From NCBI GenBank assembly GCA_964187785.1, contig OZ076409.1, positions 9,860,001 to 9,924,000 of the forward strand: 64,000 nucleotides of DNA, read 5' to 3'. This document shows positions 52,901-64,000 of this stretch, piece after piece. Source of the DNA: Amphiscolops sp. MND2022 (Eukaryota). Every line of letters starts with the position of its first letter. Position 1 is the first letter of the stretch. The position numbers and the translations under genes were made by a program. The notes under the pieces are model-generated. The model made no database searches. It worked only from the letters and a program-made list of their open reading frames with translations, and had not been told where the DNA came from.

Positions 52901-55900
52901 AGCAGCGCTAGAAGTGCTTTTCACTTTCCCCGGAGGTGCATGCTGATGAATAAATTCTTGACTTTGTTATTTTTTGAGACAAATCGCACACTTTTTGTCA
53001 GTGGACGTGCCAGTGAGAGCCCAATCGACCTCACTAGTGTACCCGGCACCCTCAGCACGTCCTGCTGAATCACCCTAAGATCTCGGGTCCCTGAGAAAAC
53101 GGTCTACGAGACATAGAGGTGGAAAACAAAAAATCGAAATTTGCCTCCTGACTGCTATCAAAAACACCTAAATGCAAGTTATTCGTTGTGATAACGCATG
53201 TTTGGTGCCCTGTGTACCCTGTGGGTGCTAGAGCTTGTTTATAGGCACTTTTAGAGGTTCAGACTTTGAACACAGTGCGTCTCAAAACAGAACAACAAGT
53301 ACAGTAGTGACTACCATAGTTGAAAGAGAACGTTTTTTTTCTGATCGTACTACAATCGTAAGGCAAGAAATCACTTCAAACTCGCTGTCCTTCCTTTTAC
53401 TCACCCCCAAGGCCTATTTCCAGTCCCTGATCACACTCACGTCCTTACTTGTGCTCTCCAGAAACAGGGCAGCATGAACGACAAACAGACTTTTCAGACA
53501 ATCTAGCTTCTGTTGCCAAGAAGGCTTCTCAAAAAATCAGTGCTCGTCGCTCTATTCACGCCTAAGATGTACCGCGGTTCTCGGTACCACAGTTGTGTGA
53601 ACCATGTCGATGTGAAAACACCCCAGAGAAATGAACACCAAGCATGATGAAACACCTGGAGCCTCGAAGCTCTGACGGCACGGAAACTGCTTGGAGCACG
53701 GAAACTGCTTGGCCAGCGACCGTGCTTTTAAATTTCCAATGAGTGTCCTGGAATTTGTTTTTATTGTCCAAGACTGTTTTCATGATCTATCATGCCTGAT
53801 TTTTTGATTTTGATAGGATCTGTTCTATCATCGCTGTCGACATAATCATCCTCTTGAGAAGCAGATTATTTTCTCTTACATATACACTGGTGCATATACT
53901 ACCTAGACGATACCTTTATCTGAGCGTACACTGCTAACACAATAGACTGAATGGGTCCTCACTTTTGGTGATATTTTGAATTTTTGAGCTCTGTTTAACT
54001 TTGGTGCTATTTATTGTGCAGTTTCTGTTGGCCATGAACTACGACACTTTTGCAAGACTACAGCTGATACTTTTATTTTTTGCTTTTCAAGTGCTATCGT
54101 GCGTTCGTGCGTTTTGTAAAACCTAACCTATCAGATGGGCCCCCGGCCAAAGCCAAACCTGTTGTGATAAGGGCTTTTTATATTTATAGAGATTCGGTAA
54201 CACAAAATGTCAGTAATTTTGGTGCGAAATTAAAAATCTGAAAACGTTTTGAATACAATGCTAGTGTCTAAAGTTGTAATACATTTCCTGTGCAAGTACC
54301 CATTGTAAGTGTGGAATCCAAGGATGCCTGCTAAGCTGACAAAAGCTCATGTTTTTGGGCAGTGCATTTTTTGGGCAGTAATTTCTTTCTGGGCAGCAAT
54401 TTTTCTTCGGGTTCCTGAAATGGCATGTTGCTGAAACTGTACCCCTGGATGATGACAATCAATACGTGAACGTCCACTCTCGTTTGTCGAGGACGACAAA
54501 CTACGGCCCAGTGAGGATGTAACGTCAGGCAGTCGATGTTACAAAATTTCGATGAAAAATTTGAAATGTGCGGTATCAAATAAGCAAATTCAAGATGGCC
54601 GACCCGGCAGGTACGAAAATTGTAGAAGAACCAAGAAAACGTACAAACAGACCACCCGGTAGTCCCCGGCACCCGAAGGCACCCGGAAGAGGCTGAAAAG
54701 AGATTGAAACACAGTGTGGTGCCATATCATCCAGGCAAATGTCGGAAGAGACCCTCCAGAATCAAGGTGCAACCTGTCAGTGGATCTTTTCTGCTGAACT
54801 CCTGTTTTGGACCTCGGAAGTATGTAGGAAGTCGCAGTAGTACGTTAGGAACCTAAGAATTTTTTTACAGGCTTGTGGGGCGTGTCCGGACTTTGAGAGT
54901 GCCGGCGCGTCGCCTCGGAGCTCTAATCTGAGGAGTCTCTTTAGACGTATGAAATGTTCCCCTAGGAGACCCCTTTTATGAGAAAAACTGATGTCTCGGG
55001 GTGTAGTAAGACAATGGTCTCCTATTTAAGCACCCTAGGCAGTGTCCCACTTTCTGGATGTGCGCCGCTAGCCGGACGTTACATGGGTTCGAACCCGTGC
55101 TGTTGCGTTACATTTTCGGCGGAAAATATCCAGGTGCTTAGCTGTCGTCTTGTTAGTATTTAGATCTTGCGACAGCATGGCAGTTTTATACGTTTAGATT
55201 TTGGACAAAATTTGCAATTGAGAATGTCAAATAGTTAGATTTCAGGCGTTCGATCCTATTCTGGTTTCTCTACTGACTCATTTCTTAGTAAAAAGTTCCT
55301 TGCATGCTCAATCAAAATCTATGCTACTTATAAAGGGACATACTATGATCAAATTTTGATTATTGTGTTGTACCAGGGTCATACTTTGACATCATCTGGT
55401 TCACCAAAACGGCGTCAACCTGGATATACAGTAGTACCTCTGTGGTATAAATTGAAGAAGTATTATGAGAATTTTTAAAAACACTTCTGCAGGTGGGGGG
55501 AATAAGACAGAAGGTTTAAATACCATTATGTCGACATCGTTTGCGTTGAAATTTTGGTCCAATAAAGTAATTGATGTCGACATAATCCTATCCATTACAT
55601 TGACTGTCAGTTGAAAGTTGCTCATTGAATTTTATAGTGGACAAAATTTGTGCTGAAATAGGGACCTTTTTATACAATTTTAGCTTATTCCAAACGTGAA
55701 TTTCTGCTATTTTAGACAATAATATCAAAAATTATGGTAATTTTTTATAACCTGAAGTGTCCAAACAGTGGCAGAGACAATCCTCTAAATATATACATTC
55801 ATATAACATTCTCTCGACGATATTGGTGAAATATTTTTATTCAAGAATAAAATGTGCTTTCGTGTTGGGGGGGGGGGGGTGTAATTCCCAGCAAGGTGTA

Positions 55901-56001
55901 CCGGGCGATAGATGACATGGTCGAAATTTTTGTCTTGATTCAAAATGCTGACAACAAACTAAGTTACTGTGAATATTCACTGTTTTCAATTCACACTCCT
56001 G
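49998..56001 (-). mobile_element. ~6-kb composite decayed hAT-like element inserted in the lectin CDS
   Basis: TIRs caggggtgtagattgaaaaaca / tgttttcaattcacactcctg. Weak transposase-like remnants on the minus strand near 50500-50600 and 55400-55700. TSD not conserved. Confidence 0.7.
51062..55083 (+). mobile_element. Non-autonomous LTR retroelement (LTRs 51062-51752 and 54518-55083)
   Basis: Two direct repeats, each TGTAACGTC...GACGTTACA. PBS-like tagcgacca after the 5' LTR; tcgaggacga...gagga before the 3' LTR; TGG on both flanks. No gag/pol recognised. Confidence 0.85.
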
Positions 56002-56009
56002 CTATGTAA

Positions 56010-56596
56010 CAGTCTGCCAAGAAGAGGGCAGATTCGTAGATATTCAGAGTGACGAGCGCAGTGAGCACTGCGCTGTAAACGGGAAACGAGTGGATCGAGA
56101 ATGGGGACCATGGGTGAATGGACAAAGAATAGACGAATCGCTTCAATGGAAGGTCACGAAAGTCCGAAAACAAATAATAGGCACAGCTCATGGAGGCGTT
56201 GAAGGAAATAACCAATCAGAGAAAGTCGTTTCGTGGATCAAGTTCGTCAACCAATCAATGACGTGGGATGAATGTAAAACACACTGCGAAGCTTTAGGTG
56301 GTATCTTATTTTGGATAGTTGACGGAACTATAGGGCAATTGGAGTTTTTGCTTGGAAAAATGGAACAGAAATCTTTCTGGTTGGGAATTTACACTGAAGA
56401 TCACGCAGTCTGGAAGTCAGTGACAGGAGAAATAATGGGAGAAGAGCTTTTGTTTTGGCTCAGTGGCCAGCCTAATAATTATAAAGGGAATCAATACCAC
56501 GTTGTTGTGGATCCACCATTGCCAGGAACATCCAGCTTTGGATTGGGTGACTATACTAAAACCGGCAGAAGGAGATGTCTTTGTGATATGCTGTGA
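56010..56596 (+). pseudogene. PAN/apple + C-type lectin gene, 3' half (CTL domain)
   Basis: Encodes VCQEEG...VDREWGPW...MTWDECKTHCEALGGIL...FWLGIY...WLSGQPNN...RRCLCDML*. AATAAA at 56653. Joins the 5' half in frame as ...EAK-P-VCQ. Confidence 0.8.
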
Positions 56597-57204
56597 GGCA
56601 TTAATATTTTAGATTTGCGCGAATAATAATTCAGCATAAATGGTACTGGAAGAATAAACTGAATTTTTCATTTTCTTCTGGAAATTTGTCTGCTTGCATC
56701 CATGCAACATGCAAAAAAGACAACGCAGCATGCGAAACATGAAAAAACGATGTAGATTAAGGTGCTAATAAGTAATCAATTATTATAGAGTATCAAAGTA
56801 AGTAATGCTCGAATCCAAATGTACATAAAACTTTGGATTGAAGTATTTGTAATGCTTTTCCTCGGACAATTCATGGAAAAAAGTCACTTCAACTCAGTGT
56901 GCATGAAATAATGTTTTTTTTCAATTGATGTTTTTCTTGCACTGAAGATCTTTTTTTCAAGAACCGGAGCTTTTTTATTAACGTCATCGAAGTGATAAGT
57001 GTTAACATCATTGAAACTTAGCTCCGTAACCGAGGATCGTCGCATCAATATGTTACATACTCTGACATGAGGAATTTCTTAAAAGTTCCATGTTTTCTAA
57101 TATCAATTTAGTTAGCTAATCAGCATAGAGAACTAATGACTGTTTTTATACAAATTCGTAGTTGATTGGTTGCATTTGAGCCTCAGTTGAGAAAAATGTC
57201 GTTA

Positions 57205-58321
57205 CCCTGGTTGAAAGAAAATGCGTTCCTTGCAAGGATCTTGCAAGATCCTTGTAAAAATGCAATTACTTGTAAGATCTTGCAAGGAAATTTGTTCCTT
57301 GCAAGATCTTGCAAGGAAATTTTTTCCTTGCAAGATCTTGCAAGGAAATTTTTTCCTTGCAAGATCTTGCAAGGAAATTTGTTTCTTGCAAGATCTTGCA
57401 AGGTAATTTTTTCCTTGCAAGATTTTTCAGAAATGTTGATAACTTGCATGATTTTCCAAAAAAAAACACGAAACCATGGAAGTGTAAAGAACAAAAAACA
57501 AAAATTCTAAATTGTCAAAGTTTCAAACTTTTGTTCTCGTGCGTGTCACTTTCCAGAAAACAAGAAATACAAGCCAAATGGGTACAAACTACGGTCTAAG
57601 GAATAAGATCGAAACGCACTTCTGTAACTAAGATCTAAAGAACTACGATCTAAATGTCATTTTTCGTAACTAAGATCTAGAGAATGCCAGCTCCTGAAAA
57701 TCCAAAACTATGAACAGATATAAAGTATAAAATGTGTCTCGGATATGTCGACAGATCCGAATTGTTTTCATTAATTTTACACATTTTCTCTGATTCTACA
57801 TTTCTTCTGTTCTGAGACCCGCAGGAGGCCACGTTCTTGTCGTGGGTCTCGTCAAGTGCGATACTATGTATCTCACGAGCTGAGTGCCTCCCTAAAAATA
57901 CAGCATAAGGACTTCGGCAAGCAATTACTGTGAACTCTGTTGACAGGTAGCTGCCATTTCCGACATTCTTACTATATTTTTTATACATGGTTATACTGTG
58001 ATCTTAGTATCGTAAGTATGTTTTGACAACCCAATTAATTTTCCAATGAATTTTTTTCCTTGCCAGAATCTTTCAAGGAAACACTATTCCTTGCAAGAAT
58101 CTTCCAACGAATTTTTTTTCCTTGCAAGAATCTTTCAAGGAAACAGTATTCCTTGCAAGAATCTTTCAAGGAAATAGTATTCCTTGCAAGAATCTTACAA
58201 GGAAATTTATTCCTTGCAAGATTCTTGCAAGATGTCTTGCAGAAAAATGCATTATCTTGCAAGACCTTGAAAGAAAATCTTGCAAGATCCTTGCAAGGAA
58301 CGCACTTTTTTTCAAACAGGG
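57205..58321. mobile_element. Foldback-type element with long modular inverted arms and TA flanks
   Basis: ccctggttgaaagaaaatgcgttccttgcaaggatcttgcaagat matches the reverse complement of the right end. ~30-bp CTTGCAAG-containing tandem units in both arms; TA on both sides. Confidence 0.85.
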
Positions 58322-58995
58322 TACTAAAATAGTTCCGGGCGGAAAAAAATCCTGCTGCTCAGCAGGCGTATTGTTCACACTCGTGAAGTAGACATTTCCC
58401 AAAGAGACTTTCTAGAGATAATATTTTGATACCATGTTTTATTTTCGAAGTTAACTCAAGTCTTATGGGAACAATACAGCGTGGGTATTCATTCAACAGA
58501 TCAAGAAAAAATTGCTATTTGACGATTCGAATTGCAATCATTATGAAGTGAAAGTTGACGTCATCAATAGTGGAGTAAGGTGCAGTGGCACTGGTGAAAA
58601 AGGTGTGCAATGTCCGAGGTTTGCTGATAAAAAACAAGGGATGACCGGAAAAGGTACTGCCAAAACGTGGGAAACGCGAGTTGTTTCTTTAAATTTGACG
58701 AAACTAAGGCGCAAAAAATTTTTTTCCGGTCAAAAAATGAACAATTTTGTTGCTTAGGTTGGTAATTACAGTGGAAACAAAGGTAAGCGTTGAAACTAGT
58801 ATGCTTATAGCCGCCCATATTTGCAATCGGGAAACGAAAATCTTACCAATTCTCCGCTTTCCCGGATTTGACAGAGGGGGAGGGGTATAGTCAATTGGAA
58901 ACAATGTGAACTTTCAACTAAGTATCTGTTACGACTTGTTATTTAGTGTATTTTCAATTCTAACGGATTTAGAAGGGGTGTAGAAACTTCTAGTT

Positions 58996-59343
58996 TCACT
59001 TTCCAGTAACATCTTTTCCATCTACATTCTCTCCTGTTTTAGGTTTCAACAGTTTCAACAGTTCGTTTTGGGATTCTACCAACAAATCTTTAATTTCTGC
59101 CGTTATTTCCTCTTTCAATGAGGTTCTCAGAGTTTCTAAGGCGGCGATTTCGCTCCTGGGTAATTTGGCATAGGAAGGTCCCACAGCCATGACATCAGAC
59201 TCTCTTATATCTATGTTTTTAACCAAAAGTGGGGGAACTACGTTCTCACTTACGTTTTCTGCGTTATCTTGGAAGTTGTTCCTTCTTTCCTGGCTTCTAG
59301 TTTTCACAAGGAAAGACAAAAGTCTGATTGATTCAATTCTCAA
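58996..59343 (-). mobile_element. Possible retroelement gag/ORF1-like coiled-coil fragment
   Basis: 115-aa ORF containing VKTRSQ and helical LETLRTSLKEEITAEIKDLL; isolated. Confidence 0.25.
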
Positions 59344-60277
59344 AATCTAAGGTATTATATACCCTCAAAGCATAACTTGATCACATCGGCATACCCAAAT
59401 TTCTTCTAAACAATTAGTCATTTCCGGTATTTTCAGGAGAGAATTCATTAGATTTTCGGATTACGTCGACATTCCAAGGTTTAAGACACACGAATATCAA
59501 TCCAGTCATTGAGCATGATCGCATGATCATATCATTTCATTCCAGCGTCCATTTTATTTCTTCCGAAGCAGGAATTAGATTTTACCTCAATCTGTCAAAC
59601 TGGAAATCTTTCCCTGTTTTACTGCTTTGATTCGCTGGAAATTTGACGCGGAGATGACGCTGACGTGAACAACCAAAACCTGATTTTGAATTTCAACTTG
59701 GAAAATTATGACTATTCTCCAAAATGACTATTTGAAAGATGCTAGAAAAGTAGAAGTTCGGTAATACAATGATGATAAAATTGTTTTACTAAACTAAATC
59801 CACGCTAGATTAGTTACAGCAATTAACCGCCAATTTGACGTCCGTATTTTACAAATGAAACGGTAATTAATGGAAAATAAAACTTCATCGAATGGTATCA
59901 AAATCAAACAAAATAACTTGGGCTTCACAACCAGTTAAAACAACTCACTTGACAAATGGGTACAATTTAGTGAACGACGCGATCACTTTAGTTTTCACAA
60001 TTTGTTGTAATTCAGGCAAGATGCACCAGTTAAAAAACACAAACTGCACATGCAAAAGTATTTGTTTATCCAAATCAGGTTGCCCAACTCCTCATTAGGT
60101 ATAAACAGTGACTTCTTTTTGCAATTTTTTGTATTATTTTAACTAACTTAAGCTTTCAAAATACTTTAAGACTGTATTCGAAATGATAACATTCTTGCAT
60201 GACGAGAAATGGACGTAAAAAGCAATCTCAATACAATCTTTCTAATATTCGACGAAAGACAGACGTGACTTCAAATT

Positions 60278-60369
60278 TTTCAACGTTTCCATCAGTTATT
60301 TTCGTGAACGAGGCGTAGACTTTTAAGTCTACGCCTTGTTCACGACAATAACTGATGGAAATGTTGAAA
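60278..60369. repeat. 92-bp near-perfect palindrome/hairpin
   Basis: 45-bp arms (60278-60322 and 60325-60369), 2-nt loop, 3 non-Watson-Crick positions. Confidence 0.9.
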
Positions 60370-61220
60370 TGATTTTTAGCAAATAAAAAATAGCGCTTCG
60401 TTTAAATTCAATACTAGCTAAAACGCCCAATTTCATTGCATAACTTGCGACGTAGTGTTGACGTAAAATTGCTTCTAGAGCCAGCTAGCTGCCAAGGCAG
60501 TGACGTAGAGCTGATGGTAATTTATATTGGATATCTATTTAGCTACCATAAGATTTGAAATGACTAGACTGGCGTTAACAGGACTGCGCCGTCATTAAAT
60601 AATATTTCTATAGTATCTACGTTGTTGTGACGTCACGCATAGAGTAATATCACATGCCGCCACCATGATTGTTTACCTAACGACCTTTCATCGTTCTAAA
60701 TCCCACTAGTTACTGATCAAAGCGCAATTAAGTAGACTTTCTCAGAGAGTGGTACCGTTTTGAAGCCTATTCTTTGAAGTTTCTTCAAGTTTTGATTTGT
60801 CTATGACAAATGTTTTTATCTAGATTAGGCTGTTGTTTTCTAAATTGGTTGTTTAAAGTAAAATTTCTACTGGAATAATGGCCTCAAATCCATTGTGGCT
60901 TAAACGTCTTGACAGAAATGTGTGAAATCATTTTGATTTGATCATTTTGATAGTGGTTTTCGTTTTAGATTCTCAGGAATTGGAAGTGTAGTTCTTGTTA
61001 AGTCACAGTTCATTTATTGAAGGTTCATTATCCAAAGTATGTTTCCGGTAACCTTGCGGTACAGCCATGGCCTCTTTCTATGCTGATTTTCCGGCAACCT
61101 TTGAAAAGTTTTTTAAAATCCAGCATTTAAATTGCCTTGAAGCAGAGCCTGTTACGAAAGTTGCAGAAAAAGTTTTATGCCGAGAATCAAACCCGTAAAA
61201 TGCTGCTCAAAAATCGCGCG

Positions 61221-61740
61221 CCCTAGGATTTTTTTTACTGCAGGAACTTTTTACATGCTGCACGCTTGCATGCAGGGTAATTTTATCTTTAAACCAAAAA
61301 ATTCAGTGATAATTCAGATGAAAAATCTTTTAGAAAAACACTGCATTTCACACTACTACACTTAAATTTTGAAACTAGATACATCGACACTGACACGATC
61401 ACTTTGTATTTACACTTTGTTTTCTCAACAACTCATCAACTTTGATCACCGGTGCTTTTCGAATAGGACGCTAAACATGACCCTACGTTGTAGGTTATTA
61501 CGAGACGGAAGGTATTTTGCATTAAAATGGCTGTTAAAACTGAGAGCGTTTCATTTGTTTTTAAAACTAGAACAACTTCTAAAGAAACCTGTAAAACTTC
61601 AAGGATTAAAACTGCCGCCAACACTTCGATGAAAATTTTGAGCAGCTTGATGAAAGTCGAATACAACTGGTAAATGTTTTCGCATAAAAGTTGCTGGCAA
61701 CATTAAGATCCATGCAAAAAGTTCAAGAAGTTTCAACCTG
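61221..61740 (+). mobile_element. MITE, CCCTAG family (degenerate)
   Basis: Colinear similarity with 41696-42241. Confidence 0.65.
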
Positions 61741-61799
61741 TGCGCTTTGACCACCAGGCTATTTTGCCTTGAAAACAAATTAGTATTAGTTCAATGTAG

Positions 61800-64000
61800 T
61801 GTTATTTTATTAAACAGGTTTCATATCGAATTGGATGAACGAGATGTCGGACGACAACGTCCCCGCTTGGGATCGGCTCAGGAGTACTGGCCAACTCTTG
61901 AGGAGCTAGCAAATGCACACGACGCCGAAGTTTCCGCGTTCATGGCAAGAAAGAACGGAAACGACATTATGCTAGTGTGCAAGCAGCTCCTGGCCTCATT
62001 CAAGAAGTCCAGCAAATCAATCGAGAACAACCCACTTGACATCAAGAAGTCAGTTGATCAAGTGAAGACAGTATTTTGCTCGACTCCGAATATCGAAGCT
62101 AAGTTTTCTGGCATTATTAAAAACTAGAATGTTCCTGAATCCAATGAACTTGCATGGGAAAAAGGAGCCCCTGATATACCTGAGTACACGTCTTTGTATC
62201 ATTTAAATGATCGAAATCGAAAGTTGGATATTTTTGATCATGAAGAAGTGTCTGTACATGAAGTGTTGTCACATTTAGATGTTAATTCCTCTGACATAGT
62301 GTCAATGCCCAGACTTGCAAAGTTTGACGCCGCAAATTCACGTCCTAGGACCCTCTTAGTCAAGTTTAGAATTGAAATCTCTGCCCGAAAAGTTTTGGTA
62401 AAAGCTTCTCTCCTCAACTCTTATTTGGACAATACCAAGGTAGTTATACCGAAAGTTATCATGTATTTGTGAATAAGTCACTGAGCAAAGGCGAACGAGA
62501 AAAAAAACGTAAATCCTTTGTCAAAAGACCCAAACTTATAAACAACGGAGTAAACCCAATCAACCTCATTACCCGAATTATTGAACTTTACTGCAATAAT
62601 AAAACGTTCAATTCCAGGGACTATCAAACCCTGTGCGTCAAACCCTCTAAACTAATTGTATCTATAACGTCGGAATTCTACTGAACGACCAAAAAAATTC
62701 TATCCATCTTTATGTTACTGAATTATCATCAAGTGATGTGCATTAGTGAAACTTGGCTTACCGACAAAATCGGAGACGGCGAACTATTTCTTCCTCAATT
62801 TTACATCGTTCGTTCAAACCGCCCTTGTAACAGCAATTTCATGGTGGTGCTATGCTATGTATACATAACTCAATTGCATCAACAAAGCTCTATCTGCCTG
62901 ACAAATATTCATACTGTCATACTGTGATACTGAATACTGTGATGCTGCGCTCATTGCTTGCCTTAACAAGACTATCTTGATTGCTTCACAGTATAAGCCA
63001 TCAACGGATAGTAGCTACCGCCTACCAATGAGTGAAATCATTGAACTGACTAAATTGCTGCACTCACTTTTTTACTACGTAATATTAGTGGAAGATCTGA
63101 AACTTCATTCTTTTAGCTAGAATACACTTACTTCACCTGACGGATATGAGAACGCTTTGCTGCAACTAATTGATGATCTGAATATCAAGCAACATTAATC
63201 GTTTTTAGGTGATAACCTAGACCTAGTACAGGCCTCCAATAAAATATACCTCGTAGATGCTGCTCCCATTTCTCCAAATCAGCTCCCAACTTCCATACAC
63301 TTGCCCATATCATGCACACTTGCCATCGAAGACGAATTGAAACTACGCCAGTTCGCGACTGACTCCTAACTGAGTTATTGTTAAACTGACTACGTTATGC
63401 TGAACAATTGTTTAGAACAGGACGCTTTCTACTCTATTTGCTGGTCGAATGTCTCGGTCGTGGTAAGCAACTGGTATGAATGGCTTTGGCCAAAGATTAG
63501 AGCTTACACTCTTAGAAGGTCCAAACACCGGCTTGCCCCGTGGATTTCTCCTGAAACATCGAACCTGTTACACTGCAAATGGCATGTCAAATATCTCCAA
63601 GCAAACAATGAGCTTTGTGCCGCCTTCAACCGCAACAATTCTGATTACGAATCTAGACTTTCAGAGAAGCGAAACACAAGTTTCCTACTCAATTAAAACA
63701 AGTCTTTTAACAAGACACCTTACCCTGCAATAATGTATCTTGTTAAAGCCAAAGTTGAGTCCGATCTAGACAAAGCAAACCTGTTTGCTAACTTTTTTCC
63801 AATGTCTATGTTGAATCAAACAGTTTTTTATATGGTAAACTTGCAGCCGACTGTGCATTTCCTATTCTTGAAGAACTGTTCTTCAACGAAAGCGTTGTCC
63901 TAGAACTATGTACAACACCCGACGCTAACAAATCAAAAGGACCTCATGACCTTCCGGCAATATTCCACAAGAAATGTGCTCGTTCATTGTCGCATTCCCT
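61800..64000 (+). mobile_element. Decayed CR1/L2-like LINE: ORF1 remnant and ORF2 endonuclease, running off the window
   Basis: ORF1-like RLAKFDAANSRPRTLLVKF; APE-like VMCISETWL...ELFLPQFYIVRSNR; PWIS; pre-RT KSKGPHDLPAIFHKKC. Many stops and frameshifts. Confidence 0.8.

Noticed and set aside
57166..58402. Many overlapping repetitive ORFs (LARSCK, LQDLARK)
   Set aside because: Artefacts of stop-poor CTTGCAAG tandem units in a foldback element.

Overview
AT-rich, repeat-dense animal (invertebrate-type) genomic DNA, not prokaryotic; most ORF-track entries are spurious. One well-supported host gene is present: a + strand DRAK/STK17-like Ser/Thr kinase. Its seven identifiable coding exons (14689-43478) splice in frame to about 444 aa; the first exon was not found. 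All six donors read GTYAGT (five are GTTAGT) rather than GTRAGT. One exon/intron junction has been amplified into a 19-copy 22-bp tandem array of donor sites. A secreted PAN/apple + C-type lectin gene (49652-56596) is split by a ~6-kb hAT-like element. That element contains a short tRNA-B-box repeat, which in turn contains a 4-kb non-coding LTR element. The rest is transposon debris: two Helentron/HINE-like families, hAT elements and MITEs with 8-bp TSDs, a foldback element, a probable solo LTR, Ingi/Vingi- and CR1-like LINE remnants, a decayed unknown ORF and a 92-bp near-perfect hairpin. All calls were made by eye, without database searches.
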